64,000 bases of DNA, from positions 19,798 to 83,797 of the forward strand of contig CALXMF010000005.1 in NCBI GenBank assembly GCA_944389415.1. Direction: 5' to 3'. This stretch comes from an uncultured Spirochaetota bacterium (lineage in GTDB: Bacteria; Spirochaetota; Spirochaetia; Treponematales; Treponemataceae). Shown here piece by piece: positions 8,912 to 18,093 of the stretch (its first letter is position 1; every line of letters starts with the position of its first letter). The translations under genes were made by a program, and so were the position numbers. Below the pieces are notes generated by a model. The model saw nothing but the letters and a program-made list of their open reading frames with translations. It ran no database searches and was not told the origin of the DNA.

Positions 8912-9752
8912 AGAGTTGCTTAATATTCTCATCAACCACAACTGATAACTCCGTACTTGTAATCCCAATACAGCTCGCTACATATTCATATGTATGACAA
9001 ATAAAAACAGGCGTATTTGTTTTTCCACGGTAAGGAACAGGAGTAAGATAGGGCGCGTCTGTTTCTATCAAAAGTCTATCACGAGGAACATATTGCAGCA
9101 ACGCTTGTATTTCATCCAGACAGCTTTTTTTTGTATACGTTACAGAACCGGAAAAAGATATATACCAGCCTCTATCAAGAAACGCACGGGCTTCGTCAAC
9201 TCCATAAGAATAACAATGTATAATACCGCGGTCATAACCAATATTCCTGATACAACTGATTGTACTGTCAAAGGCCTCACGGGAATGTACGATAACCGGA
9301 AGAGAGCAGTCGCGTGCTAATTCCAATTGCAGAGAAAATAATTCCTCTTCTCCATCCAATAACACTTTTCCGCCTTCTGCATTTTCTGTGTTCCAATGAT
9401 GGTCCATTCCGCATTCCCCAAGAGCTACAAGCCGGGTACCTGCTTTTTGCGCATCATAGATAATAGCTCTTAATGTATCAACTTGTTCCATCCGGGCAGA
9501 AATTGCTTCAGGAGCAGGCCATATGCCTGCCGCAAAATACAGCATCCGACGGGCTTTTTGTGCTGCGGTAAGATTATCAATCGCACTACATCCTGTTTCT
9601 GCAATACGCATACGGGAGATGAGATCATCACAATACGTTCCGATATCAAGCGCAAAGAATGTGTCCCGTTCAGCAAGCGCCGCGAGTAAAGAGCTGCAAT
9701 CAATTCCGCGTTCTGCCATATATTTAAGATGAAAATGAGTATCCGAAAACAT
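8856..9752 (-). CDS. TatD-family metal-dependent hydrolase/DNase
   Basis: Start chosen at MFSDTHFHL (ATG at 9752). Other family motifs are GECGMDHH, VIVHSREA, IIHCYS and ETDAPYL. Confidence 0.9.
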   Translation of the reverse strand: MFSDTHFHLKYMAERGIDCSSLLAALAERDTFFALDIGTYCDDLISRMRIAETGCSAIDNLTAAQKARRMLYFAAGIWPAPEAISARMEQVDTLRAIIYDAQKAGTRLVALGECGMDHHWNTENAEGGKVLLDGEEELFSLQLELARDCSLPVIVHSREAFDSTISCIRNIGYDRGIIHCYSYGVDEARAFLDRGWYISFSGSVTYTKKSCLDEIQALLQYVPRDRLLIETDAPYLTPVPYRGKTNTPVFICHTYEYVASCIGITSTELSVVVDENIKQLFNLGENVSREISPVPIQR

Positions 9753-9903
9753 TCTACTATAATAATCAGCAATATAAGAACAGGCAAGATGCAGTTGTTC
9801 AGTTCTGATATACAAAACTGCAGAAACATGAAAAGACAGCTGCTAAAGAACTTGCAATTAACTGCATTTTCAGATATACTTAATACGTTAAGAATACTAT
9901 TAC

Positions 9904-9988
9904 GCCGGGATGGTGGAATTGGTAGACACAAGGGACTTAAAATCCCTCGGCTATTGCAGCTGTGCCGGTTCAAGTCCGGTTCCCGGCA
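9904..9988 (+). tRNA. tRNA-Leu (anticodon UAA), long variable arm, no encoded CCA
   Basis: GCCGGGA...TCCCGGC acceptor stem, anticodon stem-loop AGGGA-CTTAAAA-TCCCT, T-arm GGTTCAAGTCC, 85 nt. Confidence 0.9.
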
Positions 9989-10004
9989 AGAGGTGTACTC
10001 AAAA

Positions 10005-10067
10005 GTGCACCCCAAATATAGAGAGCATATATAATAATTGCGTCTGTATTTGGGGTGCACTTTTTTT
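10005..10067 (+). terminator. Hairpin plus T7 run downstream of tRNA-Leu
   Basis: GTGCACCCCAAATA (10005-10018) pairs with TATTTGGGGTGCAC (10047-10060), followed by TTTTTTT. The loop is unusually long (about 28 nt). Confidence 0.5.
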
Positions 10068-10115
10068 ATCATCAAAAGGAAAAGGAGTCCTTTAGTATAT
10101 GTGTGGGGTTGTTGT

Positions 10116-10868
10116 ATGATGAGACCAGAATTATTCAAATCTATAAAGGGGTATACTCCAAAAGCTTTTGCTGCGGATCTCTCTGCCGGCATCATTGTTG
10201 GTATTGTAGCCCTGCCGCTGGCAATAGCATTCGCCATCGCCAGCTGAGTGGAACCTGCTCAAGGGCTATTTACCGCCATTGTAGCCGGCTTTATTATTTC
10301 TCTGCTCGGCGGCAGCAAAGTGCAAATCGGAGGACCTACAGGCGCATTTGCTGTTATAGTATACGGAGTAATCGCTCAGCATGGCATGACCGGTCTGATG
10401 ACCGCGACCATGATGGCTGGAATTATGCTTATTCTGCTTGGCGCATTTAAACTTGGCGGTCTGATTAAATTTATCCCGTATACAATAGTTGTCGGTTTTA
10501 CAGCAGGAATCGCACTTACTATTTTTACTTCTCAAATCGGAGACTTTTTTGGACTAAAACCAACCAATGTACCAGGTGATTTTATCGGAAAACTGATTGC
10601 GTATATAAAGGCCGCACCTACAATCAATCCATATGCAGTCAGCATAGCAATTATTTCTTTATGTATCGTTCTGCTGTGGCCCAAAATACCCGTAATCAGT
10701 AATAAAATTCCAGGCTCCCTTATCGTTATCATTCTTATGACAATTATTTGTCAGGTTCTGCATCTTCCAATCGAAACAATTGCAAGCCGATACGGAACTA
10801 TTCCAACTGTACTTCCCGCGCCGCAGCTTCCGCAAATCAGTTTGCCGCTTATTCAAGAACATAGGTAA
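10116..10868 (+). pseudogene. SulP-family anion transporter remnant (in-frame TGA plus 3' truncation)
   Basis: MMRPELFKSIKGYTPKAFAADLSAGIIVGIVALPLAIAFAIAS-TGA-VEPAQGLFTAIVAGF... The stop at 10245-10247 sits where the family has Gly (IASGV). The reading frame ends at about 250 aa, with no distal TM segments or STAS domain. Confidence 0.75.
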
Positions 10869-10947
10869 AGAAAATATCTGCGGTTCTCTTAATGAAGCGT
10901 TAGAAGCCGCACAACTCTAGACTAGCTAGACAGACAAAACGATATTT

Positions 10948-10987
10948 AAGCGTACCAAAACAGCCTCATATGGCTGTTAGTACGCTT
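10948..10987 (-). terminator. Imperfect hairpin immediately after the 10990..11466 gene
   Basis: AAGCGTAC..ACAGCC-tcatat-GGCTGT..GTACGCTT. The T-run is weak. Confidence 0.35.
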
Positions 10988-10989
10988 AA

Positions 10990-11466
10990 TTAATGAATCT
11001 GACTATATAAACCAGCAATCTGAGTTCTCCATTCATATTGCTTATCACGCGGTTCCCATTCAATAACCCGCACAATAGTAAAATACCGTAAATCGTGAGG
11101 ATTTTCAAAAACAACCACAGCAAAACGCCCTTGTCCTATATAGGTGATCGATTCATTTTCTTTGATGTGTTCTGTTTCACGCAGGTAATCAAGAACACAA
11201 TCAAAATGCACAGGATTGCCAGTTTCACGGTCCGCAAGAGCAGAAATTACATCAGAAATCGGCTCTCCGCAACGTGCACAGATGATTTGTTTCTGCTTAA
11301 ACTCCTGTATAGCAGCCTGTGCCTCATAAAGCTCTTGTTGTACTTTAGGAGGCAAACGCTGTTTCTTTCCAGTACTTCGCTCTCCGCCGCCGCGGCGTCC
11401 ATCAGCTTTATGATTATTTTTATTCCAATTTCGTCTGCGCGAACGATGAATATCAGAGCGCTCCAT
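10990..11466 (-). CDS. Hypothetical protein with Arg/Lys-rich N-terminus and putative zinc-binding CxxC...HxxC motif
   Basis: 158-aa ORF with a basic N-terminus (RSRRRNWNKNNHKADGRRGGG), CARCGEPI...HFDC, and a clean intergenic context. Confidence 0.65.
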   Translation of the reverse strand: MERSDIHRSRRRNWNKNNHKADGRRGGGERSTGKKQRLPPKVQQELYEAQAAIQEFKQKQIICARCGEPISDVISALADRETGNPVHFDCVLDYLRETEHIKENESITYIGQGRFAVVVFENPHDLRYFTIVRVIEWEPRDKQYEWRTQIAGLYSQIH

Positions 11467-11506
11467 AATGAAATCCTTATTATGTAGAAAATACTTTAAA
11501 AATACA

Positions 11507-11665
11507 TTAATTCGATGTATCAGAAGAAGCTAAACTTCTGCTTAGAACAAATGCAATACGCTGTACTGCACTATCAATATATTTTTTATCATAAATTTTT
11601 TTTTGAAGTTCTGCAACTCGTTTTGCCGACTCTTGTTTTTTTATAGTCTTTTTGGAAACAGCCAC
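11507..11665 (-). CDS. Possible small ORF (52 aa), below the ORF-track size cutoff
   Basis: The GTG start overlaps the yraN stop (TAGTG at 11667-11663). Translation: VAVSKKTIKKQESAKRVAELQKKIYDKKYIDSAVQRIAFVLSRSLASSDTSN. It fills an otherwise empty 170-nt gap. Confidence 0.3.
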   Translation of the reverse strand: MAVSKKTIKKQESAKRVAELQKKIYDKKYIDSAVQRIAFVLSRSLASSDTSN

Positions 11666-12045
11666 TATGTTAGCTCCGAAAACGCATTCTCAATATGCCA
11701 AATTTGAGGCATGCCCGGCATATCCAGTATACATACATCAAATCTCACATACAGACTATTATATTTTCGATATTTAGAAAGAAAACATTTAGCGGTTTTA
11801 ATGATTTTTTGCTGTTTTATTTGACCAAGAACTTGTTCAAGAGTATACAGACATCCATGCGGGAAAGTCTTAATTTCTGCAAAAACAAGCACATCTTCCT
11901 GCAAAGCGATGATATCAATTTCACCAGAGCGAACACGCCAATTACGCGCTAATACAGTATATCCATGATCAGTAAAGTAGGCAGCAGCACGATCCTCACC
12001 ATCTTTACCGCGTGCAAAAGCAGATGCAGCACTAAAATTCTTCAT
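11665..12045 (-). CDS. YraN-family (UPF0102) endonuclease-like protein
   Basis: 126 aa with the family motif RSGEIDIIA...VFAEIK. Confidence 0.85.
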   Translation of the reverse strand: MKNFSAASAFARGKDGEDRAAAYFTDHGYTVLARNWRVRSGEIDIIALQEDVLVFAEIKTFPHGCLYTLEQVLGQIKQQKIIKTAKCFLSKYRKYNSLYVRFDVCILDMPGMPQIWHIENAFSELT

Positions 12046-12060
12046 AAGAAAGCATCAATA

Positions 12061-12092
12061 AAAAACCGCTTCCTATTTTGGAAGCGGTTTTT
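12061..12092 (-). terminator. Rho-independent terminator after rplS
   Basis: aaaaACCGCTTCC-tatttt-GGAAGCGGTtttt. T-runs are present on both strands. Confidence 0.7.
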
Positions 12093-12101
12093 ATCAAATT
12101 G

Positions 12102-12476
12102 TTATTTAGCAGCAGCTGTCTGGTTAGACTTCTTAATAATAAGTTCCTTAATTTTCGCTGCTTTTCCAATCTTTCCGCGAATATAATACAACTTAGCGCG
12201 GCGCACTTTACCGGGACGTACCCGCTCTATTTTCGCGATACGGGGCGAATGCAGAGGGAATACACGTTCAACACCAACACCATATGAGTTTTTGCGAACT
12301 GTAAAAGTTCTACGAACACCTGAATTTTTCATACAGATAACCAAGCCCTCGTAAATCTGAATACGTTCGGTTTTACCCTCAATAATCTTAAAATGCACTT
12401 TTACAGTATCACCAACCTTAAAAGTACCGATATCATCTTTCTTCTGTGATTCCTCAATAGTTTTAATCAAATCCAT
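12102..12476 (-). CDS. rplS: 50S ribosomal protein L19
   Basis: [11 protein letters not shown]...[26 protein letters not shown]...RRAKLYYIR. The second ATG is preferred because of its spacing from AGGAG. Confidence 0.95.
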   Translation of the reverse strand: MDLIKTIEESQKKDDIGTFKVGDTVKVHFKIIEGKTERIQIYEGLVICMKNSGVRRTFTVRKNSYGVGVERVFPLHSPRIAKIERVRPGKVRRAKLYYIRGKIGKAAKIKELIIKKSNQTAAAK

Positions 12477-13260
12477 TTTCATCTCCTGTATTCACAGAAA
12501 CCTTCCGGCGTCTGCGCGCAGGCTTTCTTACCTGCCCTGTTATTTCCTCAATCATGCGTTCTGCTTCTGCAGACAGAGAGCCATTTCTGCGGCACTCCGC
12601 AATTAATTCAGGCCTGTTTGCAAAAGTCTTGGCAAGCCGTTTCTGCAGCCGCCACTTCCTGATATTCTCATGATGACCTGAAAGCAATACTTCGGGAACA
12701 GCCGCCCCCTTATAAATTTCAGGCCTCGTATATTGAGGATATTCAAGAAGGCCGTCAGAAAAACTTTCTTCTTCCAGAGATTCACTGGAAATCACTCCCT
12801 CAACAAGCCGATACACCGCGTCTATTATAACTGCAGCGGCAATCTCGCCCGATGAAAGGACATAATCCCCTATTGAAATCTCATCATCAACCCAAGAATC
12901 TATTATCCGCTGATCGATACCTTCATATCGTCCGCAGATAAAAACAAGTTCATCTTCCTGACTCAATTCGAGCGCTTTTTTCTGTGTAAACGGCTTTCCC
13001 GAAGGTGTTACATAAATAACACGCTTCTTATAAGCCTGAACTGAAACAAGCGCTCTATCCAGAGGTTCCGGCAACATTAACATACCGGCGCCTCCTCCAT
13101 AAGGACTGTCGTCACATGTTTTGTGTTTATCAAAGGCAAAATCCCTGATATTCACCAAATCGTAGGCAATAATTCCCCGATCAACCGCTTTTGCCATGAT
13201 TGAGCTTTCAAAAAAAGCACGCGGTATTTCAGGAAATAAGGTCAGCACATGAAACTTCAT
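12463..13260 (-). CDS. trmD: tRNA (guanine37-N1)-methyltransferase
   Basis: Motifs [22 protein letters not shown] and [11 protein letters not shown]. The basic C-terminal tail overlaps the rplS start. Confidence 0.95.
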   Translation of the reverse strand: MKFHVLTLFPEIPRAFFESSIMAKAVDRGIIAYDLVNIRDFAFDKHKTCDDSPYGGGAGMLMLPEPLDRALVSVQAYKKRVIYVTPSGKPFTQKKALELSQEDELVFICGRYEGIDQRIIDSWVDDEISIGDYVLSSGEIAAAVIIDAVYRLVEGVISSESLEEESFSDGLLEYPQYTRPEIYKGAAVPEVLLSGHHENIRKWRLQKRLAKTFANRPELIAECRRNGSLSAEAERMIEEITGQVRKPARRRRKVSVNTGDENGFD

Positions 13261-13263
13261 GAA

Positions 13264-13842
13264 TCACTCCAGAATCCAGAGGTGCATCAGCCGAATTATT
13301 TTACCCTGCAGATCAACTGGTCCAATAAATTCTTCCTTAAAAGGAATTAACACTTTACGAGGAACACCATGTTCCTCACTCTCAATACCAGCATCACGCA
13401 GGAAACGGCTCTCGGAGAGGGAAACCTCAAGCAGGTCGCCAGCCCCGCCTTCCAATACGTCTGTGACTGTACCAATAACTGGCGCAGACCCTGCTGCCAG
13501 TCCGTTGCGAGTATCCTCATATATCAGAGAACACCCAATCAAATCTGAAATATAATACTCACCCTCATGCAAAGGGCAGGCATTTTCACGCGGTACAACG
13601 ATTTTCCACCCACTGAGCTTTTTTGCATCTTCGGGCGTATCAATACCAGCGCACTTCATTAAAAGAGTTCCAGCTTTTACAGAGACAAACTCCACAACTG
13701 CATGTCGTTCTGTTTCGCCTTTCCTCAAAGTAACTTCACGCATATCATGAAAATGATCATATTCACCTGAAGTACTCTCTATTTTAAACATACCTTCGAG
13801 TCCATACGACCCTCGGATAATACCAACAACAAACTGATCCAT
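13264..13842 (-). CDS. rimM: 16S rRNA processing protein RimM
   Basis: GIIRGSYGLEGMFKI N-terminal barrel plus a PRC-barrel-like C-terminus, in the canonical position between the KH gene and trmD. Confidence 0.9.
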   Translation of the reverse strand: MDQFVVGIIRGSYGLEGMFKIESTSGEYDHFHDMREVTLRKGETERHAVVEFVSVKAGTLLMKCAGIDTPEDAKKLSGWKIVVPRENACPLHEGEYYISDLIGCSLIYEDTRNGLAAGSAPVIGTVTDVLEGGAGDLLEVSLSESRFLRDAGIESEEHGVPRKVLIPFKEEFIGPVDLQGKIIRLMHLWILE

Positions 13843-14084
13843 CAGTCCAGTATTTCCAAACTATATCGTTTTCCGTTCTTACTGGCAGATGCACTTAATA
13901 CCGTACGTAAAGCTTTCGCGATACGTCCGTATTTTCCGATTACCTTACCGATATCACCTTCTGCGACACGAAGCTGCAACACAGCACCGCGTTCACCTTC
14001 AGTTTCTGATACAGAAACCGCATTGGAATCATCGACCAGTGATTTTGCAATATATTCAATCAGGTCTTTTTCCATCGTATGCAA
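13842..14084 (-). CDS. KH-domain RNA-binding protein (UPF0109/YlqC-like)
   Basis: GDIGKVIGKYGRIAKALRTVL GxxG loop, in the canonical position after rpsP. Confidence 0.85.
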   Translation of the reverse strand: MHTMEKDLIEYIAKSLVDDSNAVSVSETEGERGAVLQLRVAEGDIGKVIGKYGRIAKALRTVLSASASKNGKRYSLEILD

Positions 14085-14096
14085 TACTCCCGTGAT

Positions 14097-14342
14097 TTAA
14101 AGGGTAAAGTTTTTCTTATTAAAAATCTTGCGGACTGTATCGGTAGGCTGTGCACCAACACTGAGCCAATAGCGGGCACGATCCTCTTTAAAGGCAATTT
14201 GCTTCTCTTCTGCCTCAATAGGATGATAAATACCGATTTCTTCAATAGTAGTACCGTCACGTGGCTTGCGTGAATCCTGCACCACAATGCGGTAATACGG
14301 CCGTTTTTTTGATCCAAACCTCTTAAGTCTGATTTTAACCAT
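14097..14342 (-). CDS. rpsP: 30S ribosomal protein S16
   Basis: [21 protein letters not shown]... Confidence 0.95.
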   Translation of the reverse strand: MVKIRLKRFGSKKRPYYRIVVQDSRKPRDGTTIEEIGIYHPIEAEEKQIAFKEDRARYWLSVGAQPTDTVRKIFNKKNFTL

Positions 14343-14394
14343 TTAGCCCTCCATAGAATGTTCACAATTACTGCAAAATACAGTATGAATTGTT

Positions 14395-14423
14395 ATAGTA
14401 TACAAAAATCTGGAAAAAGTCAA
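14395..14423 (-). promoter_or_regulatory. Candidate promoter of the rpsP operon
   Basis: On the minus strand: TTGACT (14423-14418), 17-nt spacer, TACTAT (14400-14395). Confidence 0.4.
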
Positions 14424-14463
14424 TCAATAGATATATCATGATACTATCGTATATGCTCTGCAT

Positions 14464-14503
14464 AAAAAAAGCTGCTCAGTAATAATACAGGAGCAGCTTT
14501 TTT
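14464..14503 (-). terminator. Rho-independent terminator after secF
   Basis: aaaaaaaGCTGCTC-13 nt-GAGCAGCtttttt. Confidence 0.7.
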
Positions 14504-14526
14504 ATTAGACATGATAAAACGCCGTC

Positions 14527-15777
14527 TTATTCAGAAAATTCTGTATCAAAAGAATTTCGCTGATATACTGGCACAGCTTTTACTTCATCGGATGGTTTCC
14601 AATTCCGGCGTATCAGCGCAATAATGGCGCTGGAAATATAAATAGATGAATAGGCACCAGAAATCATTCCCACAATCAAGGCAAGAGCAAAATCTTTCAT
14701 AGAACCAGTAGTAAAAATATACAACGACAATACAGCAACTAATGTAGTAAGTGTTGTATAAATGGTACGGCTGAGTGTTTCAGACAAAGAAACATTTAAT
14801 ATATCAGTGAAGTGAGATACATTTAATGTTCTCATATTAGAGCGGACACGGTCAAGAATAACAACTGTCGCATTGATAGAATATCCTACTATTGTCAAAA
14901 TAGCAGCCAGTGTTGTTGTAGAAAACTCCATCTGGGTCCACGCAATGAACGTAACCATAATTAAAGCATCATGAATTACCGCAAGAACTGCCCCAAGTGC
15001 AAAATCCCAAGAAAAGCGTATCGCAGCGTAAATCCAGATCAAAACAAGCGTTGCAATCACTAGTAAAGAAGCCTGCCAAACAAGCGACTGCGAAAACTGA
15101 GCGCCAATAAAATCTGTTTTAATTACAGCTACATTTTCTGCACCAAATGCTGATAAAAGTGCAGCGGAAACTTTGTCCTGAATCATTTTACTCTCACCTT
15201 CAGTACCGGTAGCGGAGATACGAATTTGATAGGCATCATCCGAATCCTGTCCGATTTCTTTCACCGCAACACCGTCAATGCCGGATAGAGCGTTACGAAC
15301 CTCATCCGCAGTATAGTGAGACTGTGCGTCTGCATAATAAAAACGATAAGGAGAATCAGTGAGAACTGTTGAAACAGCAGAGTTTACAAAAAGTTCTGCC
15401 GCAGAAACAGCTTCCTGCGCCACAGCAACGGCAGTGACACCAGAAACAGATTCAGTCCCATTGATCGCTGCAACAAGATCTGTCACGGTTGTATACTGCG
15501 CAAAAGGATATGTTTTCGTAGTATTGTCAGCACCCGCGCCCGTTACAACCAGACTCAACGCGGAGGGAGAAAGCTCAGCAGTAACACGGGCAGTACCAGT
15601 ATATGATATACTGAATGCGGTTGGCGCAATACGTATTTCCTGCAGCAGACCAGGCTCAAAATCAAGACCAAAATTGATACCGCGTACTACTACAGCAATA
15701 ACACCACTTATAATCAGCACGATACTAAGGACAGCAAACGGCAAAAACATTTTGCTGAAATTATAAATCTTTTTCAT
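14527..15777 (-). CDS. secF: Protein translocase subunit SecF (enlarged periplasmic domain)
   Basis: GLDFEPG motif after TM1 and a C-terminal six-TM SecD/SecF core. It abuts secD. Confidence 0.9.
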   Translation of the reverse strand: MKKIYNFSKMFLPFAVLSIVLIISGVIAVVVRGINFGLDFEPGLLQEIRIAPTAFSISYTGTARVTAELSPSALSLVVTGAGADNTTKTYPFAQYTTVTDLVAAINGTESVSGVTAVAVAQEAVSAAELFVNSAVSTVLTDSPYRFYYADAQSHYTADEVRNALSGIDGVAVKEIGQDSDDAYQIRISATGTEGESKMIQDKVSAALLSAFGAENVAVIKTDFIGAQFSQSLVWQASLLVIATLVLIWIYAAIRFSWDFALGAVLAVIHDALIMVTFIAWTQMEFSTTTLAAILTIVGYSINATVVILDRVRSNMRTLNVSHFTDILNVSLSETLSRTIYTTLTTLVAVLSLYIFTTGSMKDFALALIVGMISGAYSSIYISSAIIALIRRNWKPSDEVKAVPVYQRNSFDTEFSE

Positions 15778-17519
15778 TATTTTACCCTCCAGCTGATACT
15801 GATATTCTGCTTTTTCATCACATCGGTACCAAAATCAAACATCAGCCGGGAAACAACAAGCGCCGTGAATACAGAAGAAACAACACCGATCGCAAGACTT
15901 ACCGCAAATCCTTGGATAGAACCTGTACCAAGCTGCGATAGGAAAATAGCCGCTATAAAAGTCGTGATATTTGAATCCATAATCGCCCAGAAAGCGCTGT
16001 CAAAACCGGCGGCAATAGAAGATGCTCTGCTCTTGCCTAAACGGCGTTCCTCTTTAATACGCTCAAAAATAATAACATTTGCATCAACAGCCATACCAAT
16101 CGTTAAAATCATACCGGCAATAGATGGCAATGTCAGAGTCAAATTAAACGCAGAGAGAATACTGAACATGATATACAAATTCAGTATCTGAGCTACAATC
16201 GCATTAATACCAGCTCCCTTATATAAGATGAGCATAAACAACATAACACCAAGCAATCCGACGATTACCGCTTTAACCCCCTGACTAATTGCCTCATCCC
16301 CCAGTGTCGCACCAATCACCTGCTGGCTTTCCACTGAAAGAGGCACATTCAGCCATGCAGTCTGCAGAACCTTCTGAATATTCTGCGCTTCTTCCAGCCC
16401 AAAACCTGAAAGAGCAACTTCACCACCCGTTATCGCTTCATTTATGCGGGCATATGATTTGATCTTATCATCAGAAACAATTGCAAGACTGTCACCAACA
16501 TGAGCAGAAGTAAAATCACCAAAAATCTGTGCGCCTTCTGAATCAAGAATAAAATTAACCTGCGGTTTTCCCGTTAAATTATCACTTCCGACCTGCGCAG
16601 ACTTAATATGCTGGCCATCCATGGCAATCTCTTTTTTTACCACTAAATAGCTGATACGCTCATCAAGTCCGTAAGCATCTTTTGTATACAGCCCAAGCAC
16701 TTCACAATCAGCAGGTATAACTTCAGAGTTGATTAAATTACCTTCTGCATCAAACATACCAGAGGGATTCATACTGTATGCGGACATAAACGCATTAGTC
16801 GCATCCATATCAACCAACCGGAAATTCAGAATCCCCTTACCCATAATAATTGAATTAATACGATCCGTTTCGGCTGCGCCAGGAAGTTCAATATAAATTC
16901 TATCCTCACCCTGCAAACGAATAACCGGTTCAGAAAGCCCAAAACGGTCAATACGGCTCTGCAGCGTTTCAAGCGCCTGATTCATAGCTTCTTTTTTAAA
17001 TTCAGCCTCACTGGTCGAATCAGCAGGGTCACGAGCAGCAAGCGCCGCATCAAGGTCAGCTTTTACAATAACATTCATACCGCCGGACAAATCCAGACCA
17101 AGTTTTACCGAATTGGTATAAAGATTTTTTGCTTTAAGGATCTCATCACGATACCGTGTTTCAACAGCATCTCGCAGTTCCTGCTCAGTTGCAAAAGAAG
17201 TCAGCGCGTCCCGAACGGTCATTGGCGAGGGTACCGCCTTATCCATGTCTTTATAATTTCTGACAGCGTTCTTTTCCAGCCATTTATATTGCGCAGGCAA
17301 TAGAGCAGAAGGATCTGCAAGCGCCTGCTTTTTCAGGACATCGACATCCTGAACAGCCATTTCAATAGAATAATCTTTTATCTTCTCAAGTGATCCCAGC
17401 GCAAGAGCCTGAACTTCTTTAGGTGTCCGTACATACCAGCTCAAAGACGGCCACAAAAAGGCAAAACAGATAGCCAGTACAACAAGAATGAGAAGGAAAC
17501 GGTTCCGTTTACTCATCAT
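15777..17519 (-). CDS. secD: Protein translocase subunit SecD
   Basis: 580 aa with GLDLSGGMNV and a SecD/SecF C-terminal TM core (AGMILTIGMAVDANVIIFERIKEE). Confidence 0.9.
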   Translation of the reverse strand: MMSKRNRFLLILVVLAICFAFLWPSLSWYVRTPKEVQALALGSLEKIKDYSIEMAVQDVDVLKKQALADPSALLPAQYKWLEKNAVRNYKDMDKAVPSPMTVRDALTSFATEQELRDAVETRYRDEILKAKNLYTNSVKLGLDLSGGMNVIVKADLDAALAARDPADSTSEAEFKKEAMNQALETLQSRIDRFGLSEPVIRLQGEDRIYIELPGAAETDRINSIIMGKGILNFRLVDMDATNAFMSAYSMNPSGMFDAEGNLINSEVIPADCEVLGLYTKDAYGLDERISYLVVKKEIAMDGQHIKSAQVGSDNLTGKPQVNFILDSEGAQIFGDFTSAHVGDSLAIVSDDKIKSYARINEAITGGEVALSGFGLEEAQNIQKVLQTAWLNVPLSVESQQVIGATLGDEAISQGVKAVIVGLLGVMLFMLILYKGAGINAIVAQILNLYIMFSILSAFNLTLTLPSIAGMILTIGMAVDANVIIFERIKEERRLGKSRASSIAAGFDSAFWAIMDSNITTFIAAIFLSQLGTGSIQGFAVSLAIGVVSSVFTALVVSRLMFDFGTDVMKKQNISISWRVK

Positions 17520-17546
17520 GAATTATATCTCCACTACAACACAAAA

Positions 17547-17942
17547 TTAATCTTTTTTTTCGCTCTCCTCGGCAACGGAGGATTCTGCTTGTTCTGAAGG
17601 CTTATCTTTTGCCTTATCATCTTTTACTTTTTCTGTTTTATCAACGACAACCTGTGCAATAGCAGAACGGTTAAATTCAATCTTTACATTCTCATCAACT
17701 TTTACAATAACAGTCTGCTCACGGGTAGAAGAAACGACCCCATGAATACCACCGATAGTAATAACCCTATCACCCTTTTTCAGGGCCGCAATCATTTTTT
17801 CAGTTTCCTTCTGTTTCTTATTCTGCGGTCTGATAATAAAGAAATAAAAAATCAGAATAATCAGACCAAATGGAAGAACAGTCATCAGTAAAGAACCAGA
17901 ACCAGCCGTAGCGGCTGTCTGAAGAAACGGGATAAAATTCAT
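17547..17942 (-). CDS. yajC: Preprotein translocase subunit YajC
   Basis: Start at MNFIPFLQ. Single TM followed by IRPQNKKQKE and GDRVITIGGIHG. Confidence 0.85.
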   Translation of the reverse strand: MNFIPFLQTAATAGSGSLLMTVLPFGLIILIFYFFIIRPQNKKQKETEKMIAALKKGDRVITIGGIHGVVSSTREQTVIVKVDENVKIEFNRSAIAQVVVDKTEKVKDDKAKDKPSEQAESSVAEESEKKD

Positions 17943-18040
17943 TTTATTATCCATCCTTTCGATATGTAACAATATTTGCTAGACAACATACCATGTTCGG
18001 AAAGAAACTGTCAACGGGATATAAAATTCAACACACATCC

Positions 18041-18072
18041 AGCAAATATAAAGGCCGTCCACAAGGACGGCC
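18041..18072 (-). terminator. Terminator after rubredoxin
   Basis: GGCCGTCC-acaa-GGACGGCC (18053-18072), followed on the minus strand by TTTATATTT. Confidence 0.6.
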
Positions 18073-18093
18073 CCGTATTATTCCACCCGATCT

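Noticed and set aside
9470-10237. 255-aa minus-strand ORF spanning the TatD 5' region, tRNA-Leu and its terminator
   Set aside because: It overlaps a well-folded tRNA gene, a terminator and two motif-supported genes, so it is an artefact of low stop-codon density.
10245-10247. In-frame TGA in the SulP gene read as selenocysteine or readthrough
   Set aside because: The codon replaces a conserved Gly in a TM helix and I see no SECIS-like hairpin right downstream. The gene is also 3'-truncated, so pseudogenisation is the simpler explanation.
15359-16191. Plus-strand ORFs 15359..15766 and 15865..16191 inside secF and secD
   Set aside because: They are antisense to strongly motif-supported Sec genes, and their translations are Ala/Thr/Ser-rich mirror artefacts.
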